Sequence record: MT764206.1
Source of the DNA: Escherichia phage JEP6
Strand: one strand, 5' to 3'
Length of the DNA stretch: 64,000 bases
A model generated the notes under the pieces. It searched no databases and had not been told where the DNA came from. It worked only from the letters and a program-made list of their open reading frames with translations. Of this stretch, positions 1 through 9,864 are shown piece after piece; within the stretch, counting starts at the first letter, position 1; each line of letters begins with the position of its first letter. The position numbers and the translations under genes are program-made.

Positions 1-933
1 TTCAGAAACTTTATCTTTAATTTTAGAAACAACTTTATCACCGGAACTTAATTGTGACAAACAGGTTGGACATAATCCACCTTCGTGATACATATTAATG
101 ACTTTATTATACGAGTCAATTTTTGATTTAATTAAAACTGCTTCTTGACCGATTTTATTAAATGCATCAGTCGGGTCTTCATCTAAAACAATATTAACTA
201 ATCTTTCGTTAGCTTCTTCTATTTCCGATTTTAGCGTTCTAGCTTCTTTTGCCAAATCATCATACATATTTTGAAGACGAGTAAGATTGTCACCAGACAA
301 TTTTTTCTGGCGTTCAACATTATCGTTATATATTTTAATTTGTTGGATAATACTATCTTTTTTAACATCAAGCACTTGGTTTTGTGAGTTTAATTCACGT
401 ATTAGTGCTTTATTAAGCTTATCCATTTCAGCTAATGTTCCTACCTCAAGCAGGTCTTCCACAAGCTTTCTTCGCGCAGGGGTCGACAAACCCATGAAAG
501 GGGTATACCCTGCTGTACCAAGGACAACAATCTGCTTGAAACTGGCATATGACATTCCGATAAGCTGTTCAAATTCTGCTTGGAAATCTTTACTGCTGGC
601 AGATTCATTAAGACGTGTACCGTTAACGGTGATTTCGAAAACGTTTGGTTTTTGTCCTCTTTTGATATAGTACTTTTTCTCATCATATTCCATCCACAGT
701 TCAACTAAAAGTTCTTTCTTATTTGTGCTGTTTATTAATTGACCTTTCTTTACATCACGAAATGGCTTGCCAAAAAGCCCAAATGTGATGGCTTCTAGCA
801 TAGTAGACTTACCACCGCCATTTCGTCCAGTAATAAGAGTTTTTTGAACCTTATCTAATTGAATGTCAATCCCATTTTGACCAACTGACATTATATTTTT
901 ATATTTTACTCTATTAAGTTTAAAATTCTTCAC
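1..933 (-). CDS. 46: recombination endonuclease subunit gp46 (Rad50/SbcC-like ATPase), N-terminal part; gene continues beyond window start
   Basis: minus-strand ORF open to position 1; Walker A GRNGGGKST near N-terminus; probable GTG start at 933 overlapping stop of upstream ORF; sits downstream of gene 47. Confidence 0.85.
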   Translation of the reverse strand, partial: MKNFKLNRVKYKNIMSVGQNGIDIQLDKVQKTLITGRNGGGKSTMLEAITFGLFGKPFRDVKKGQLINSTNKKELLVELWMEYDEKKYYIKRGQKPNVFEITVNGTRLNESASSKDFQAEFEQLIGMSYASFKQIVVLGTAGYTPFMGLSTPARRKLVEDLLEVGTLAEMDKLNKALIRELNSQNQVLDVKKDSIIQQIKIYNDNVERQKKLSGDNLTRLQNMYDDLAKEARTLKSEIEEANERLVNIVLDEDPTDAFNKIGQEAVLIKSKIDSYNKVINMYHEGGLCPTCLSQLSSGDKVVSKIKDKVSE

Positions 934-1193
934 AAAAGATTCCTTTTAATGTATCTTTTAGACCATTCTATCATATCATCATAATCTAAAAAGTATTCAT
1001 CAAATTCAGTCATGCAAACAACACCTTGTGCTGTTTTTGATGTAATATAAATTATTCCAACATATCTAGAATCTTCTTCGGTATAATCAATGTTTGCTAT
1101 GAATTCATCGTTAATGTCAAATGTCGAAAACTTCACAGTATGCATCCTTAATACAAGATACAGCCATATCTCGCAATGATTTAGGTGTGTCAT
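930..1193 (-). CDS. hypothetical small protein (46.1 position); true start may be internal
   Basis: ORF track 87 aa; stop overlaps gp46 start. Confidence 0.35.
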   Translation of the reverse strand: MTHLNHCEIWLYLVLRMHTVKFSTFDINDEFIANIDYTEEDSRYVGIIYITSKTAQGVVCMTEFDEYFLDYDDMIEWSKRYIKRNLL

Positions 1194-1380
1194 TATCTAA
1201 AATGTTGAAGTTAAAAGATACAGCCCAGTCAGTGCAGACCGTGACCTTTTTAATACAATTATCTTCAACTTCTAGTGGTTCAAACCAATATTCAATAATT
1301 TCTTTATGCCCAATATCATCTTTTACTTCGCATTCAAAATGCTGACTCATCATAACATTTTTAAATTCATCAAAAGTCAT
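1117..1380 (-). CDS. hypothetical small protein (46.2 position)
   Basis: ORF track 87 aa; ATG overlaps gp47 stop (ATGA coupling). Confidence 0.45.
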   Translation of the reverse strand: MTFDEFKNVMMSQHFECEVKDDIGHKEIIEYWFEPLEVEDNCIKKVTVCTDWAVSFNFNILDNDTPKSLRDMAVSCIKDAYCEVFDI

Positions 1381-2396
1381 TGTGTTGCCTCTACATATAG
1401 CTGATTTGCATATTGAATAAGTGCTTCACGGTCAGAATCAGTGATGTCTGGAATTGCATTAATATACTCTTCCATTAATGTCTGAAGCGATTGAACTTCA
1501 ACTTCTTCACTGTCATCTGACTCGACAGAGTTATCAATCTTTGACACAACTCGTAACGAATGCACAACTTTTTCTAGTTCAGATTCGAACTTCGTCAGAT
1601 TTTTGTCTACTTCAGTTACTATAACACGTACTGATAGATTTGTAAAATCTTTATAGTCAATTTTTCCTTTAAATGGATAATGAATTCTACGATGCCAGGT
1701 AGTATTGTTTGGAATAAATTCCATTCGTTCTGTTTCTGTATCAAACATCCAGAACCCACGAGGGTCATTCTCGTCACCGGCAGTTAGTGTCCATGGTGTC
1801 CCAATATATCTGACGTTAGCAGCCTCAGAGATAGTATGGAAGTGACCAGACCACACCTCTTTATAAGTCTTAAGGAAATCGGGTTCAAGACCATGAGATT
1901 TCATTCCTTTATAAAAATAAAATCCATTCAGTTCCCAGTGACCAACACAAAAAGAAGCAGATGAAGTTTTGATGTGCTCAAGAATTTCACCAGTATTTTC
2001 TTCGCACATCCAAGGAATTAAATCAATCAAACATCCGTCAAAATCTACTGTAGTAGGCTTATCATATACTTTAACATTAGGATATTTAGCCAAAAGCTCA
2101 GTAGAGGCATTTGGATGCATTACATTTTTATAGTGGAGATCGTGATTTCCTACAATAGTATGTAATGTGATTCCAGCGTCATCAAGCATTTGAACTATTT
2201 CACGGGCAAACTCCATAGTTTTGTGTGTGATTGCTTTTCGCACATCAAAAATATCACCATATTGAATCCAGGTAGTAATTCCATTTTTCTTAGAATATTC
2301 TATTGCTTGTTTAATTCCATCAATTTGAATACCGCGAATCCACTCATCATCAGCTTTAACGCCTAAATGCCAATCACCTAAATTTAAAATTTTCAT
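1377..2396 (-). CDS. 47: recombination endonuclease subunit gp47 (Mre11/SbcD-like phosphoesterase)
   Basis: 339 aa; calcineurin-like phosphoesterase motifs LGDWHLG and GNHD; adjacent to gene 46. Confidence 0.9.
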   Translation of the reverse strand: MKILNLGDWHLGVKADDEWIRGIQIDGIKQAIEYSKKNGITTWIQYGDIFDVRKAITHKTMEFAREIVQMLDDAGITLHTIVGNHDLHYKNVMHPNASTELLAKYPNVKVYDKPTTVDFDGCLIDLIPWMCEENTGEILEHIKTSSASFCVGHWELNGFYFYKGMKSHGLEPDFLKTYKEVWSGHFHTISEAANVRYIGTPWTLTAGDENDPRGFWMFDTETERMEFIPNNTTWHRRIHYPFKGKIDYKDFTNLSVRVIVTEVDKNLTKFESELEKVVHSLRVVSKIDNSVESDDSEEVEVQSLQTLMEEYINAIPDITDSDREALIQYANQLYVEATQ

Positions 2397-2533
2397 ATAT
2401 CAAGAACCGTCATTGAAATGCAAAATAAAATTATTGAAATAAATCCATCTGGAGTGCTAAAGAACCCAATCCAACACGCTCTAGTGAATAGATAAAATGC
2501 AAGAAAAAGTATCACATATCCAAGAAATATCAT
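2393..2533 (-). CDS. small hydrophobic peptide (46 aa, MIFLGYVILFLAFYLF...)
   Basis: below 60-aa track cutoff; GGAG RBS 8 nt upstream of ATG; stop overlaps gp47 ATG (ATGA). Confidence 0.3.
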   Translation of the reverse strand: MIFLGYVILFLAFYLFTRACWIGFFSTPDGFISIILFCISMTVLDI

Positions 2534-2556
2534 TATATCAAACTCCGTATAAAGCT

Positions 2557-2574
2557 AAAGGGCCGAAGCCCTTT
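2557..2574 (-). terminator. hairpin AAAGGGC-CGAA-GCCCTTT at the 3' end of a-gt
   Basis: GC stem with tetraloop directly after a-gt stop codon. Confidence 0.4.
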
Positions 2575-3775
2575 ATTTTGTAATAATGTCAAACTGTTCT
2601 TTAAAGCAGAAGCTTGAATCTTGGTGCTGATACAAAAATTCATATGCTTTTTCTCGCTCACGGTCATAAAGAGCTCGGTCAGATGACAGTTCTTTAATAC
2701 GCTCGAATGTTGATTCCATGTCATTTTCATCAAACCAAATGATACCACTATCATGCGAGGTCAAAGGAGTATTATCAACACGGAATTTTAAATTATCACC
2801 CGTTGATTTCCAAAATACCGGAATTGTACCGCAAGCACCTAATTCAAGATGAGTATATTCGAGTGAGCGTTGTAAGTATTTCTGGTTAAGTTTACTCAAC
2901 TGATATCCAAAGCCAGATTTACTCATTCGTTCAAGCATTTCACTATTAATATAACAATCTAGGATTTGTGCCGGTTGATTCGGCGTGAGATTCATTTTAT
3001 CAATCTCACGATTACCATAATATTCATACGGAATACCTTTTTCCTTAATTGCAATAAAAGCAGGGGAACGTTCAAGACCTTCCATTACAGTGGATTTACC
3101 AGCAGGTTTTAAGAATTTTTCGTGAAAATCAAACATCTGATAAAAACCTTTCCATGTAGTCGTACGACCAATCCAACGGTTGATGTTCATGTTAATTTCA
3201 GAAACATCTTTCCAATAAGTTGACCGAACCTTCACAATATCCATAGGAGGCTGAAAATTATATACTGTTGGTGCTTCTTCAATATCATCAAACAGAGAAA
3301 CAGTTTCTGGATACCATTCTTTCATCAGAACTTTATTAAAATCGCCATTATCAGAATGACTAAAAATAACATCAGCTCGACGAACAGTTTCTTCTAATCC
3401 CAAATTTCGACGCAAAGAAAGCACAGAATGATCATGCTGATAAACTACAACACGAATAGAAGGTTTAATATTATCTAAAAGTTTTTTATAGTTATTAATC
3501 GTAGCTTCTTGAACGGAAGTAGCAGGAACAGAATTAATAATTAGAATATCACAATCATTTACCAGCTTAAGTGCTTTATCGTATTCTTTAGCTAAAATAA
3601 CTGGAATTGAAAATGATTTGTGGTCATGAGAACTTGTACGAGTAAATGATTTATCTTTAGCATAAACCAAAGTTACTTCATGACCATTTTTAATAAACCA
3701 ATCACGCTGCTCAAGAGAAAATTTAGTTACACCGCAACCTTCAAGACCCCGAGCCAGAAAAATGCATACTTTCAT
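2573..3775 (-). CDS. a-gt: DNA alpha-glucosyltransferase
   Basis: 400 aa; N-terminus MKVCIFLARGLEGCGVTKFS and overall sequence match recalled T4 AGT; position between 47 and 55. Confidence 0.85.
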   Translation of the reverse strand: MKVCIFLARGLEGCGVTKFSLEQRDWFIKNGHEVTLVYAKDKSFTRTSSHDHKSFSIPVILAKEYDKALKLVNDCDILIINSVPATSVQEATINNYKKLLDNIKPSIRVVVYQHDHSVLSLRRNLGLEETVRRADVIFSHSDNGDFNKVLMKEWYPETVSLFDDIEEAPTVYNFQPPMDIVKVRSTYWKDVSEINMNINRWIGRTTTWKGFYQMFDFHEKFLKPAGKSTVMEGLERSPAFIAIKEKGIPYEYYGNREIDKMNLTPNQPAQILDCYINSEMLERMSKSGFGYQLSKLNQKYLQRSLEYTHLELGACGTIPVFWKSTGDNLKFRVDNTPLTSHDSGIIWFDENDMESTFERIKELSSDRALYDREREKAYEFLYQHQDSSFCFKEQFDIITK

Positions 3776-3828
3776 TTAATATCCTCTTTGTTTTGGTTTA
3801 TTTTATCAAAAAATTTATAAAGCAATAT

Positions 3829-3844
3829 AGGAGCCGAAGCTCCT
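3829..3844 (-). terminator. hairpin AGGAGC-CGAA-GCTCCT
   Basis: GC hairpin with CGAA loop downstream of small ORF 3883-4023. Confidence 0.35.
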
Positions 3845-3882
3845 ATCCGCATAATACGCCATACAAAGGCTCGTTAGAGCTT

Positions 3883-4023
3883 CTAAATTTTTATGCGCTT
3901 ATATGTTATAGTTCCTTCTGCTTTAGCTTTATCGTAAGACTCTTTAAAGCGTCTCATCATTTCTACTTTAGAGGAACGAATTTTATTATAATCTATTTCA
4001 GAAGTCTGGTGTTCATCTTTCAT
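3883..4023 (-). CDS. hypothetical small protein (46 aa)
   Basis: ATG overlaps stop of ORF 4020-4226 (ATGA); followed by hairpin. Confidence 0.3.
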   Translation of the reverse strand: MKDEHQTSEIDYNKIRSSKVEMMRRFKESYDKAKAEGTITYKRIKI

Positions 4024-4226
4024 AACTGCCACCATTTTTTGACTTGATAAGAATCAACCCACACTTTCATATTAGGGTCTGCTCTTACAATAGGAGGATT
4101 AACTTCTTTAATTGAACTATCATGGTATTCTTTTTCAGAAATTTTCACGCAAAGATGACCGTTCAAAGATTCAGTAAATCCTGCATTAATTTTAAGACGC
4201 TTGAATTTTACGTGTGTAAGCATCAA
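4020..4226 (-). CDS. hypothetical protein
   Basis: ORF track 68 aa; co-oriented, coupled to neighbours. Confidence 0.4.
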   Translation of the reverse strand: MMLTHVKFKRLKINAGFTESLNGHLCVKISEKEYHDSSIKEVNPPIVRADPNMKVWVDSYQVKKWWQL

Positions 4227-4509
4227 TCATATCCTCAATCTGCGATCTAGTAGTCTTCCAAAGAATACTGATGAGTTCATCGTTATATGGCTGTTTTAGA
4301 ATATCCCGACTTTTCTTGATAGCATATTCGTATTGAGCAAAATTATTATTTTCAGCTGCGATCTGAGCGTGCTTATAAAGACGATTCAGTTCGCGTTTGT
4401 TTTTAGACAATAACTTATTTGCTTTTCTTTCTGCTTCAAGACGGTTCTTTTCTTCAATAGAAGAAATAAGCTTTTCCACTTCATCATTAATTTCGGGTTT
4501 ATCAGTCAT
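4192..4509 (-). CDS. hypothetical protein
   Basis: ORF track 105 aa. Confidence 0.5.
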   Translation of the reverse strand: MTDKPEINDEVEKLISSIEEKNRLEAERKANKLLSKNKRELNRLYKHAQIAAENNNFAQYEYAIKKSRDILKQPYNDELISILWKTTRSQIEDMIDAYTRKIQAS

Positions 4510-4510
4510 A

Positions 4511-4729
4511 TTATTTCTCTAATATAAAATAAAAATCATCATCTGTTAAATGATACCGATAGTTTAATTCTACACCATTAGATTTAAAAGCGGTATCATA
4601 CGGATTTTCTGGATCAATATCAATGTCAAGAGCTAAAACTTCCCTGAGATACATTTTAAGTAAATAGGGAATAGCTTCAACTTCAGGTATTTCTTCCAAG
4701 AATCCGGAGAGGTTAATCGTTAGCCTCAT
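4511..4729 (-). CDS. hypothetical protein
   Basis: ORF track 72 aa; directly downstream of gene 55. Confidence 0.5.
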
Positions 4730-5270
4730 ATAAAAAATCCAAACTAGGAGAATCGTCTACAACACTTTTCTTTTCAGCCCCTGGTGTTCTATAGGTTGAT
4801 TCTTCGTAATGCGTCATTTTATCGTAGATGTCTTGAATAAAAGTTTCATCTACTAACGCAACCATATCGTCGTCACGACTGTCATAGACATTGTGAACGA
4901 AGTAACTATATTTCTTTGCAACTTCCTTACGTTCTTTTTTAATACGTTGGACGAATGCATTAAAACAAGCTTGAGTTATATACGCATGTGGGTTTTTATA
5001 TTTCGTTTCATCAAAATTATGAAGCCCCTTAATAGAAGCTTCTATACCATCTGCAATCATTTCTTGTTTCCAAGACTGGGTGTATCCTGAAAAGTTGAAA
5101 CGTTTAGATAAGCCTTCTGCAATAAGCATAATGGCTAATCCGATAGTATCATTCTGACGAACTACTTTATTTGGGTCTTTATTATTTGCTAATTCTGTTT
5201 TCCAATCAATAATAGCTTGTAAAAGCTCTTTATTGTTTACGTAATTATATTTAGGCTTAGTTTCTGACAT
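4713..5270 (-). CDS. 55: late-transcription sigma factor gp55
   Basis: 185 aa from ATG at 5270 ([23 protein letters not shown]...) matches recalled T4 gp55; GAGGTG RBS; track ORF starts 2 codons upstream at GTG. Confidence 0.9.
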
Positions 5271-5307
5271 TTTCACCTCTTAGCTCAATTCATAGATCTA
5301 TTATATC

Positions 5308-5337
5308 ATAATATTTGAAGATCTATCTTAAAGCATA
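5308..5337 (-). promoter_or_regulatory. possible MotA-box-type middle promoter upstream of gene 55
   Basis: minus-strand TATGCTTTAA followed 14 nt later by TATTAT; spacing is marginal. Confidence 0.2.
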
Positions 5338-5348
5338 GAGGATATCAG

Positions 5349-5618
5349 TTATCTAAGTAAACAGTATGCTTGGAATACTTTCTCCATCATCTTTTTAAAT
5401 TCATGAATATCTATATAATGACTAGTTAAATCAGCATGATATAAAAAGTCTAAAAACTTTTCATGTGTGCTAACATATTCGCTTTCATTTAATTCAGAAA
5501 CATGGCTTTCCCAATATCCAACACCAGTCTTATTTGGGAAAAATGAAATTTTCATGTATTGGTCAACATAGAAAATGCCATAATTTTCAATAGTAATAGA
5601 AATATTAATAAATTTCAT
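5349..5618 (-). CDS. hypothetical protein
   Basis: ORF track 89 aa. Confidence 0.5.
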   Translation of the reverse strand: MKFINISITIENYGIFYVDQYMKISFFPNKTGVGYWESHVSELNESEYVSTHEKFLDFLYHADLTSHYIDIHEFKKMMEKVFQAYCLLR

Positions 5619-5830
5619 ACATTCATCAACTTAGCCGCTTCAAGAGCTGCATCTAGTGAATCAAATTGGTCAACGTATTCAATCAATTCGCCGTAATTAG
5701 CGTATAACCACCATTGGCTAAATTCATACTCAAGGATGAATCCGTTTCCTTCAATTTGAGTTAAACCAATGCCATTTGTATTTACTTCATACCCAGCAAG
5801 ACGTAAATCGTTAATAAGAGCTTCGTTCAT
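5615..5830 (-). CDS. hypothetical protein
   Basis: ORF track 71 aa; overlaps neighbour by 4 nt. Confidence 0.5.
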   Translation of the reverse strand: MNEALINDLRLAGYEVNTNGIGLTQIEGNGFILEYEFSQWWLYANYGELIEYVDQFDSLDAALEAAKLMNV

Positions 5831-5832
5831 AA

Positions 5833-6159
5833 TTATACCTTAGTAATTTTCAGGTCTGCAAATTTTTTCTTGCGTTGATTTTTCATGCGACGAATAGCTT
5901 TATCGGAAATTTCATGCTTTTGATAAGCTTTAGATTCTACACCAAAAGCTTTAACATCAAATTCTGACAAGATATATTGAACCAACAATTCACGGACAGT
6001 ATTGCGTCCAATCTTCTGATCATTCTGTTTCATCATCTGATGAAGCTCTTTTTCCCATTTATCCAAAATTTGAGGAGTTACAATATCGCCTTTTTCTAGC
6101 AAAGAAACTACTTTATCATATGCGTAAGAATTAATGACGTTTTTAATTTGAATAGTCAT
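5833..6159 (-). CDS. hypothetical protein
   Basis: ORF track 108 aa. Confidence 0.5.
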   Translation of the reverse strand: MTIQIKNVINSYAYDKVVSLLEKGDIVTPQILDKWEKELHQMMKQNDQKIGRNTVRELLVQYILSEFDVKAFGVESKAYQKHEISDKAIRRMKNQRKKKFADLKITKV

Positions 6160-6197
6160 ACATTATCCTCAATTACGTTAAAATTTTATTATCCAAA

Positions 6198-6213
6198 AAG
6201 GGCCGAAGCCCTT
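6198..6213 (-). terminator. hairpin AAGGGC-CGAA-GCCCTT followed by T-run on minus strand
   Basis: stem-loop at 3' end of ORF 6212-6412; A5 on plus strand at 6195-6199. Confidence 0.45.
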
Positions 6214-6412
6214 AGCTAAACTTTTTGGCACCCTTCCAGCCTTCGTACATCATTGCGACTGACAATGACAAAGCTCCTTCACATGCTGCATACTTATTAT
6301 TCCAGAACCAATTTAGAAAAACTTCATCCTCAATACCATTGTGTTTCATGTTCTGGAAAAATTTGGCGCGTTCTTCACGAAGCTTTTGCGATAATTTAGA
6401 TTCAGGATTCAT
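6212..6412 (-). CDS. hypothetical protein
   Basis: ORF track 66 aa. Confidence 0.45.
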   Translation of the reverse strand: MNPESKLSQKLREERAKFFQNMKHNGIEDEVFLNWFWNNKYAACEGALSLSVAMMYEGWKGAKKFS

Positions 6413-6628
6413 TTAAATTTCCCAATTACCATTTTCATCAATAAATTTAATCCAGTCATTTACTGACCACTTGGTCGTATCGCCTTTTGGAGTAACATTT
6501 AAAGTATATAACCCCTGCTTAAAAAGCATTCGTTTGATATTCATATTTTCCTCAGCTGTAACGATAGCACTCGTTTGATTTACGTTTAGCAACTCGTTGA
6601 GAAATATTATAATCAAAATCATCGTCAA
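6413..6628 (-). CDS. hypothetical small protein; likely true start at internal ATG 6544 (GAGGAAAA RBS)
   Basis: ORF track 71 aa; upstream part overlaps neighbour. Confidence 0.4.
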   Translation of the reverse strand: MTMILIIIFLNELLNVNQTSAIVTAEENMNIKRMLFKQGLYTLNVTPKGDTTKWSVNDWIKFIDENGNWEI

Positions 6629-6890
6629 TGTAAACTGATTTTTTCAACTTTCTTACTTCACCACGTAATTGACGATTCAATTCATTCTTAACCTCTGAAT
6701 CAACACCTCGCATACGTCGCCATTTATCTGAGCGAAAAATGTTTTCAACCATATCTTTATGACTTACCCCATCAGGAGCTTTACGCTTTCCGAAATAGTC
6801 ATAATCACGCACTTTTAAGTCTTTACGACGATACGTTTTACCCATAGAGTTTAATTTCCTTAGCAACTGAACTAAATACAGCACGGTCAC
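6552..6890 (-). CDS. hypothetical basic protein; start may be internal (about 6845)
   Basis: ORF track 112 aa. Confidence 0.45.
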   Translation of the reverse strand: MTVLYLVQLLRKLNSMGKTYRRKDLKVRDYDYFGKRKAPDGVSHKDMVENIFRSDKWRRMRGVDSEVKNELNRQLRGEVRKLKKSVYIDDDFDYNISQRVAKRKSNECYRYS

Positions 6891-7020
6891 AAATCATGTG
6901 TTTATGTAACTTAAGTATAAGATAATAAACATCATAACCATTTACGTAAGTAACGCGAACAGCATTACCATTAATAAGATAATACTGTCCCTTTTTAATT
7001 TCTTTATCAATCATAACCAT
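6838..7020 (-). CDS. hypothetical protein
   Basis: ORF track 60 aa; early promoter immediately upstream. Confidence 0.45.
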   Translation of the reverse strand: MVMIDKEIKKGQYYLINGNAVRVTYVNGYDVYYLILKLHKHMICDRAVFSSVAKEIKLYG

Positions 7021-7050
7021 ATCAATTCCTCAAAGGCAATTCATGTGTTA

Positions 7051-7080
7051 ATAATACCACGGTTTGAACTTGTTGTAAAC
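7051..7080 (-). promoter_or_regulatory. T4-type early promoter (GTTTACA-N17-TATTAT)
   Basis: minus-strand -35 GTTTACA and -10 TATTAT with 17-nt spacer and A/T-rich upstream tract; about 30 nt upstream of ORF start 7020. Confidence 0.6.
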
Positions 7081-7177
7081 AACTTTGTGAAAATATTTTA
7101 GGGAATGATAAGAAAGGAACGATAGCTTAGAATGGTAATATACAGAATGTAAGAAAGAAAGGCCCAGAAGGCCTATC

Positions 7178-7501
7178 TTAGTCTTCTATGATATCTCTAT
7201 CATATCCAAGTGAAATGAGGGTTTCTTTGAAGTGTTTAATGTTCTTTTGTCTGGAATCATTAATGAAAATGACTGGATAACGAATGTTAAGAGATGTGAA
7301 TCCGGCGCGTTTAGCAAGAGATACAATCAGTGGACGATCATACTCAATCTTACCATTATTTGTAAGAACTTTATAGAAAGTAAAAGGAGCACTGAGCTCC
7401 TTTAGAAGTTTTGTAACTGATTGACATCCAGGACAACGACCTACTTCATCTGGAATTCCATAGACTTCAATCTTATTCTTTAAGTTCGAGTTTTGTTCCA
7501 C
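7178..7501 (-). CDS. nrdH: glutaredoxin/NrdH-like redoxin (CPGC motif)
   Basis: CxxC active-site motif EVGRCPGCQS; no in-frame ATG, probable GTG start at 7501 with AAGGA RBS; located next to nrdG/nrdD. Confidence 0.55.
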   Translation of the reverse strand: MEQNSNLKNKIEVYGIPDEVGRCPGCQSVTKLLKELSAPFTFYKVLTNNGKIEYDRPLIVSLAKRAGFTSLNIRYPVIFINDSRQKNIKHFKETLISLGYDRDIIED

Positions 7502-7784
7502 GAGAAATAATTCCTTGGTAAGCCCAATAAGGAGGATTAACAGAATCCTCGCCAGAGTTTTCTTCAGGAAAATAAACCTGGATAACGAAGCCGGATTCAT
7601 CAAAGGTAAAATAAACCGTAGGCAGTTCACCTAACAAATCGGCACGAGCGTTGATTTCTTCGAGGTCTTGTTCACGTCCAGCCCAGAAGCTTGGGTTCAG
7701 ACTACATTCATAGAAATAATAGTCATTACCGAACATATCAAAACCATTCCAACTCTCTACTACATACCGCTCAAAACTAATCAT
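7473..7784 (-). CDS. hypothetical protein
   Basis: ORF track 103 aa. Confidence 0.5.
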   Translation of the reverse strand: MISFERYVVESWNGFDMFGNDYYFYECSLNPSFWAGREQDLEEINARADLLGELPTVYFTFDESGFVIQVYFPEENSGEDSVNPPYWAYQGIISRGTKLELKE

Positions 7785-7786
7785 AA

Positions 7787-8002
7787 TTAAGCCTTTTTAT
7801 CAAGAACAGCATTCAGCTTGTTAGTAATTTTATCCAGACGCTCATTGAACTCACTAGAAGATAAACCTTTTTCTGGAGAAATTAAGCTAATCACGAAAAA
7901 TATAGCAATAAAAGGAATAAGGAAAATAGCTCCAACTGCCATAAACAGAAAGAATGTTACAGTTGTAAGAAAATCAGCTAAACCTTTACGAAATTTATAC
8001 AT
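7787..8002 (-). CDS. hypothetical membrane protein
   Basis: ORF track 71 aa; hydrophobic segment TVTFFLFMAVGAIFLIPFIAIFFVISLI. Confidence 0.5.
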   Translation of the reverse strand: MYKFRKGLADFLTTVTFFLFMAVGAIFLIPFIAIFFVISLISPEKGLSSSEFNERLDKITNKLNAVLDKKA

Positions 8003-8011
8003 ATTTTATCC

Positions 8012-8125
8012 TTAATTAATTAACCAAGCATTGATAAGTACTAAACTATACTGCGAATAAAATTCTGGACCAAAATGAAAAATCATATCATTTATAGTAT
8101 CCATAATGTAATTCAATTTAATCAT
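8012..8125 (-). CDS. possible small peptide (37 aa) downstream of nrdG
   Basis: internal ATG of track ORF 8012-8236; fills the 115-nt gap after nrdG; weak RBS. Confidence 0.25.
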   Translation of the reverse strand: MIKLNYIMDTINDMIFHFGPEFYSQYSLVLINAWLIN

Positions 8126-8588
8126 GTTTCCACACCCCATCGGTATTTGACCAAAGTCGCTGATTATCTGATCCTCGCCACAACTTTTTAGTCGGAAGAT
8201 TTTTCTCATACTTCCCATCAATAATAACATCAACATATTTAAGCATTTCTAGTTGTTTAATATCTTCAAACTTATATCCTGTCCACAACCAAATGCTTTT
8301 ATTGGGATAAAGATTTTTAATAGTTTGAACCACAGAGTGAATCACGTCTCTGTTATCAGGATAAAGAGGGTCACCTCCAGTTATAGTCAATCCTTCTATA
8401 TAATCATTATTCAAACATTCAATTAATTGCTCTAGTGTTTCACCAGTGAATGGAATACCATTTCTAGCATTCCATGTTGATTTATTATAACACCCTTCGC
8501 ATTTATGCAAACATCCAGTAACAAAAAGAACGGTCCTGCACCCAGGACCATTAACAAAATCGCAAGGATAAAATCTATCATAATTCAT
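8118..8588 (-). CDS. nrdG: anaerobic ribonucleotide reductase activating protein (radical SAM)
   Basis: 156 aa; radical-SAM cysteine cluster CLHKCEGC; overlaps nrdD stop. Confidence 0.9.
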   Translation of the reverse strand: MNYDRFYPCDFVNGPGCRTVLFVTGCLHKCEGCYNKSTWNARNGIPFTGETLEQLIECLNNDYIEGLTITGGDPLYPDNRDVIHSVVQTIKNLYPNKSIWLWTGYKFEDIKQLEMLKYVDVIIDGKYEKNLPTKKLWRGSDNQRLWSNTDGVWKHD

Positions 8589-9864
8589 TGGTGTTTAACC
8601 CTATGCATGATTTCTTTATTTTTACCGAGATTAAATCCGCGTTCGTTCGGATTTCCCAAATAACCACATGTTCTTCTTATTGTGTTCATCTTTTTAGGAT
8701 CAGTTTCTCCACAAATAGAACAAACAAATCCGTTTTCAGTAGGAGTCATTTCATGGGTGCTTCCGCATGTAAAACATTTATCTACTGGCATATTAACACC
8801 AAAATAATCTAAATGTTGTGCAGCATAATCCCATACGGCCTCAAGACCTTTTAAGTTATTTTTCATATCAGGAAGTTCAACATAAGAAATGTGACCACCT
8901 GTCGCAATGAAATGATATGGCGCTTCACGAGAAATCTTTTCAAACGGAGTAATATTTTCTTCTACTGAAACATGGAAACTATTAGTGTACCAACCTTTAT
9001 CGGTAACATCTTTTACGCTTCCATATTTTTCTGTATCAAGTTTACAGAAGCGATAACAAAGGTTTTCAGCAGGAGTCGAATATAAACTAAAAGCAAATCC
9101 GGTTCTTTCAGTCCACTGTTTAAGATGGGCATTCATTTTAGTTAAAATTTCCTGTCCAATATCACGACCGACAAGAATATTCAATTCATGAATACCAATG
9201 TATCCTAAAGACACTGAACTTCTACCGTTTTTAAATAACTCAATTATGTCGTCATCAGGTTTAAGACGAACCCCAAATGCACCTTCTTGGTAAAGAATAG
9301 GAGCAACAGTCGCTTTAACTCCTTTTAAGGAACTAATTCTACACATCAAAGCTTCAAAACACAAATCCATTCGTTCATTGAATAATTCAACAAATTTCTG
9401 TTCATTGAACTGTGTTCCAATATAAGAATCTAACGCGATGCGAGGAAGATTCAATGTTACAACACCAAGATTATTACGTCCATCAAGAATTTCATTGCCA
9501 GTCGAATCTTTCCATACGCTCAAGAAACTACGGCAACCCATTGGAGAAACAGGAACAGATGAACCAGTGATAGCTTTATTATTCTTAGCTGAAATAATAT
9601 CAGGATACATCCTTTTGCTTGCGCACTCTAGAGCAAGCTGCTTAATATCATAGTTCGGATCGTCTTTGTAAAGATTAACACCTTCTTCAACAAACATAAC
9701 AAGCTTAGGGAAAATAGGAGTTATCCCATCACGACCAAGACCTTTAATACGATTTTTCAGAATTGCTTTCTGAATCATTCGTTCAGTCCAGTCAGTTCCC
9801 GTACCAAATGTAATTGTTACAAAAGGCGTTTGTCCGTTTGAACTAAAGAGAGTATTTACTTCAT
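8585..9864 (-). CDS. nrdD: anaerobic ribonucleoside-triphosphate reductase NrdD, exon 2
   Basis: C-terminal glycyl-radical motif RRTCGYLG and zinc-ribbon CFTCGSTHEMTPTENGFVCSICG; frame continues from exon 1 across a 1045-nt intron giving ...DAFQAYE-Y-EVNTLF... and a 605-aa product. Confidence 0.85.

Noticed and set aside
441-704. Minus-strand ORFs in alternative frames inside other genes (441-704 in gp46, 21569-21763 in the NTase gene, 31144-31359, 27259-27444, 2533-2754)
   Set aside because: Alternative-frame overlaps within better-supported, longer ORFs on the same strand.
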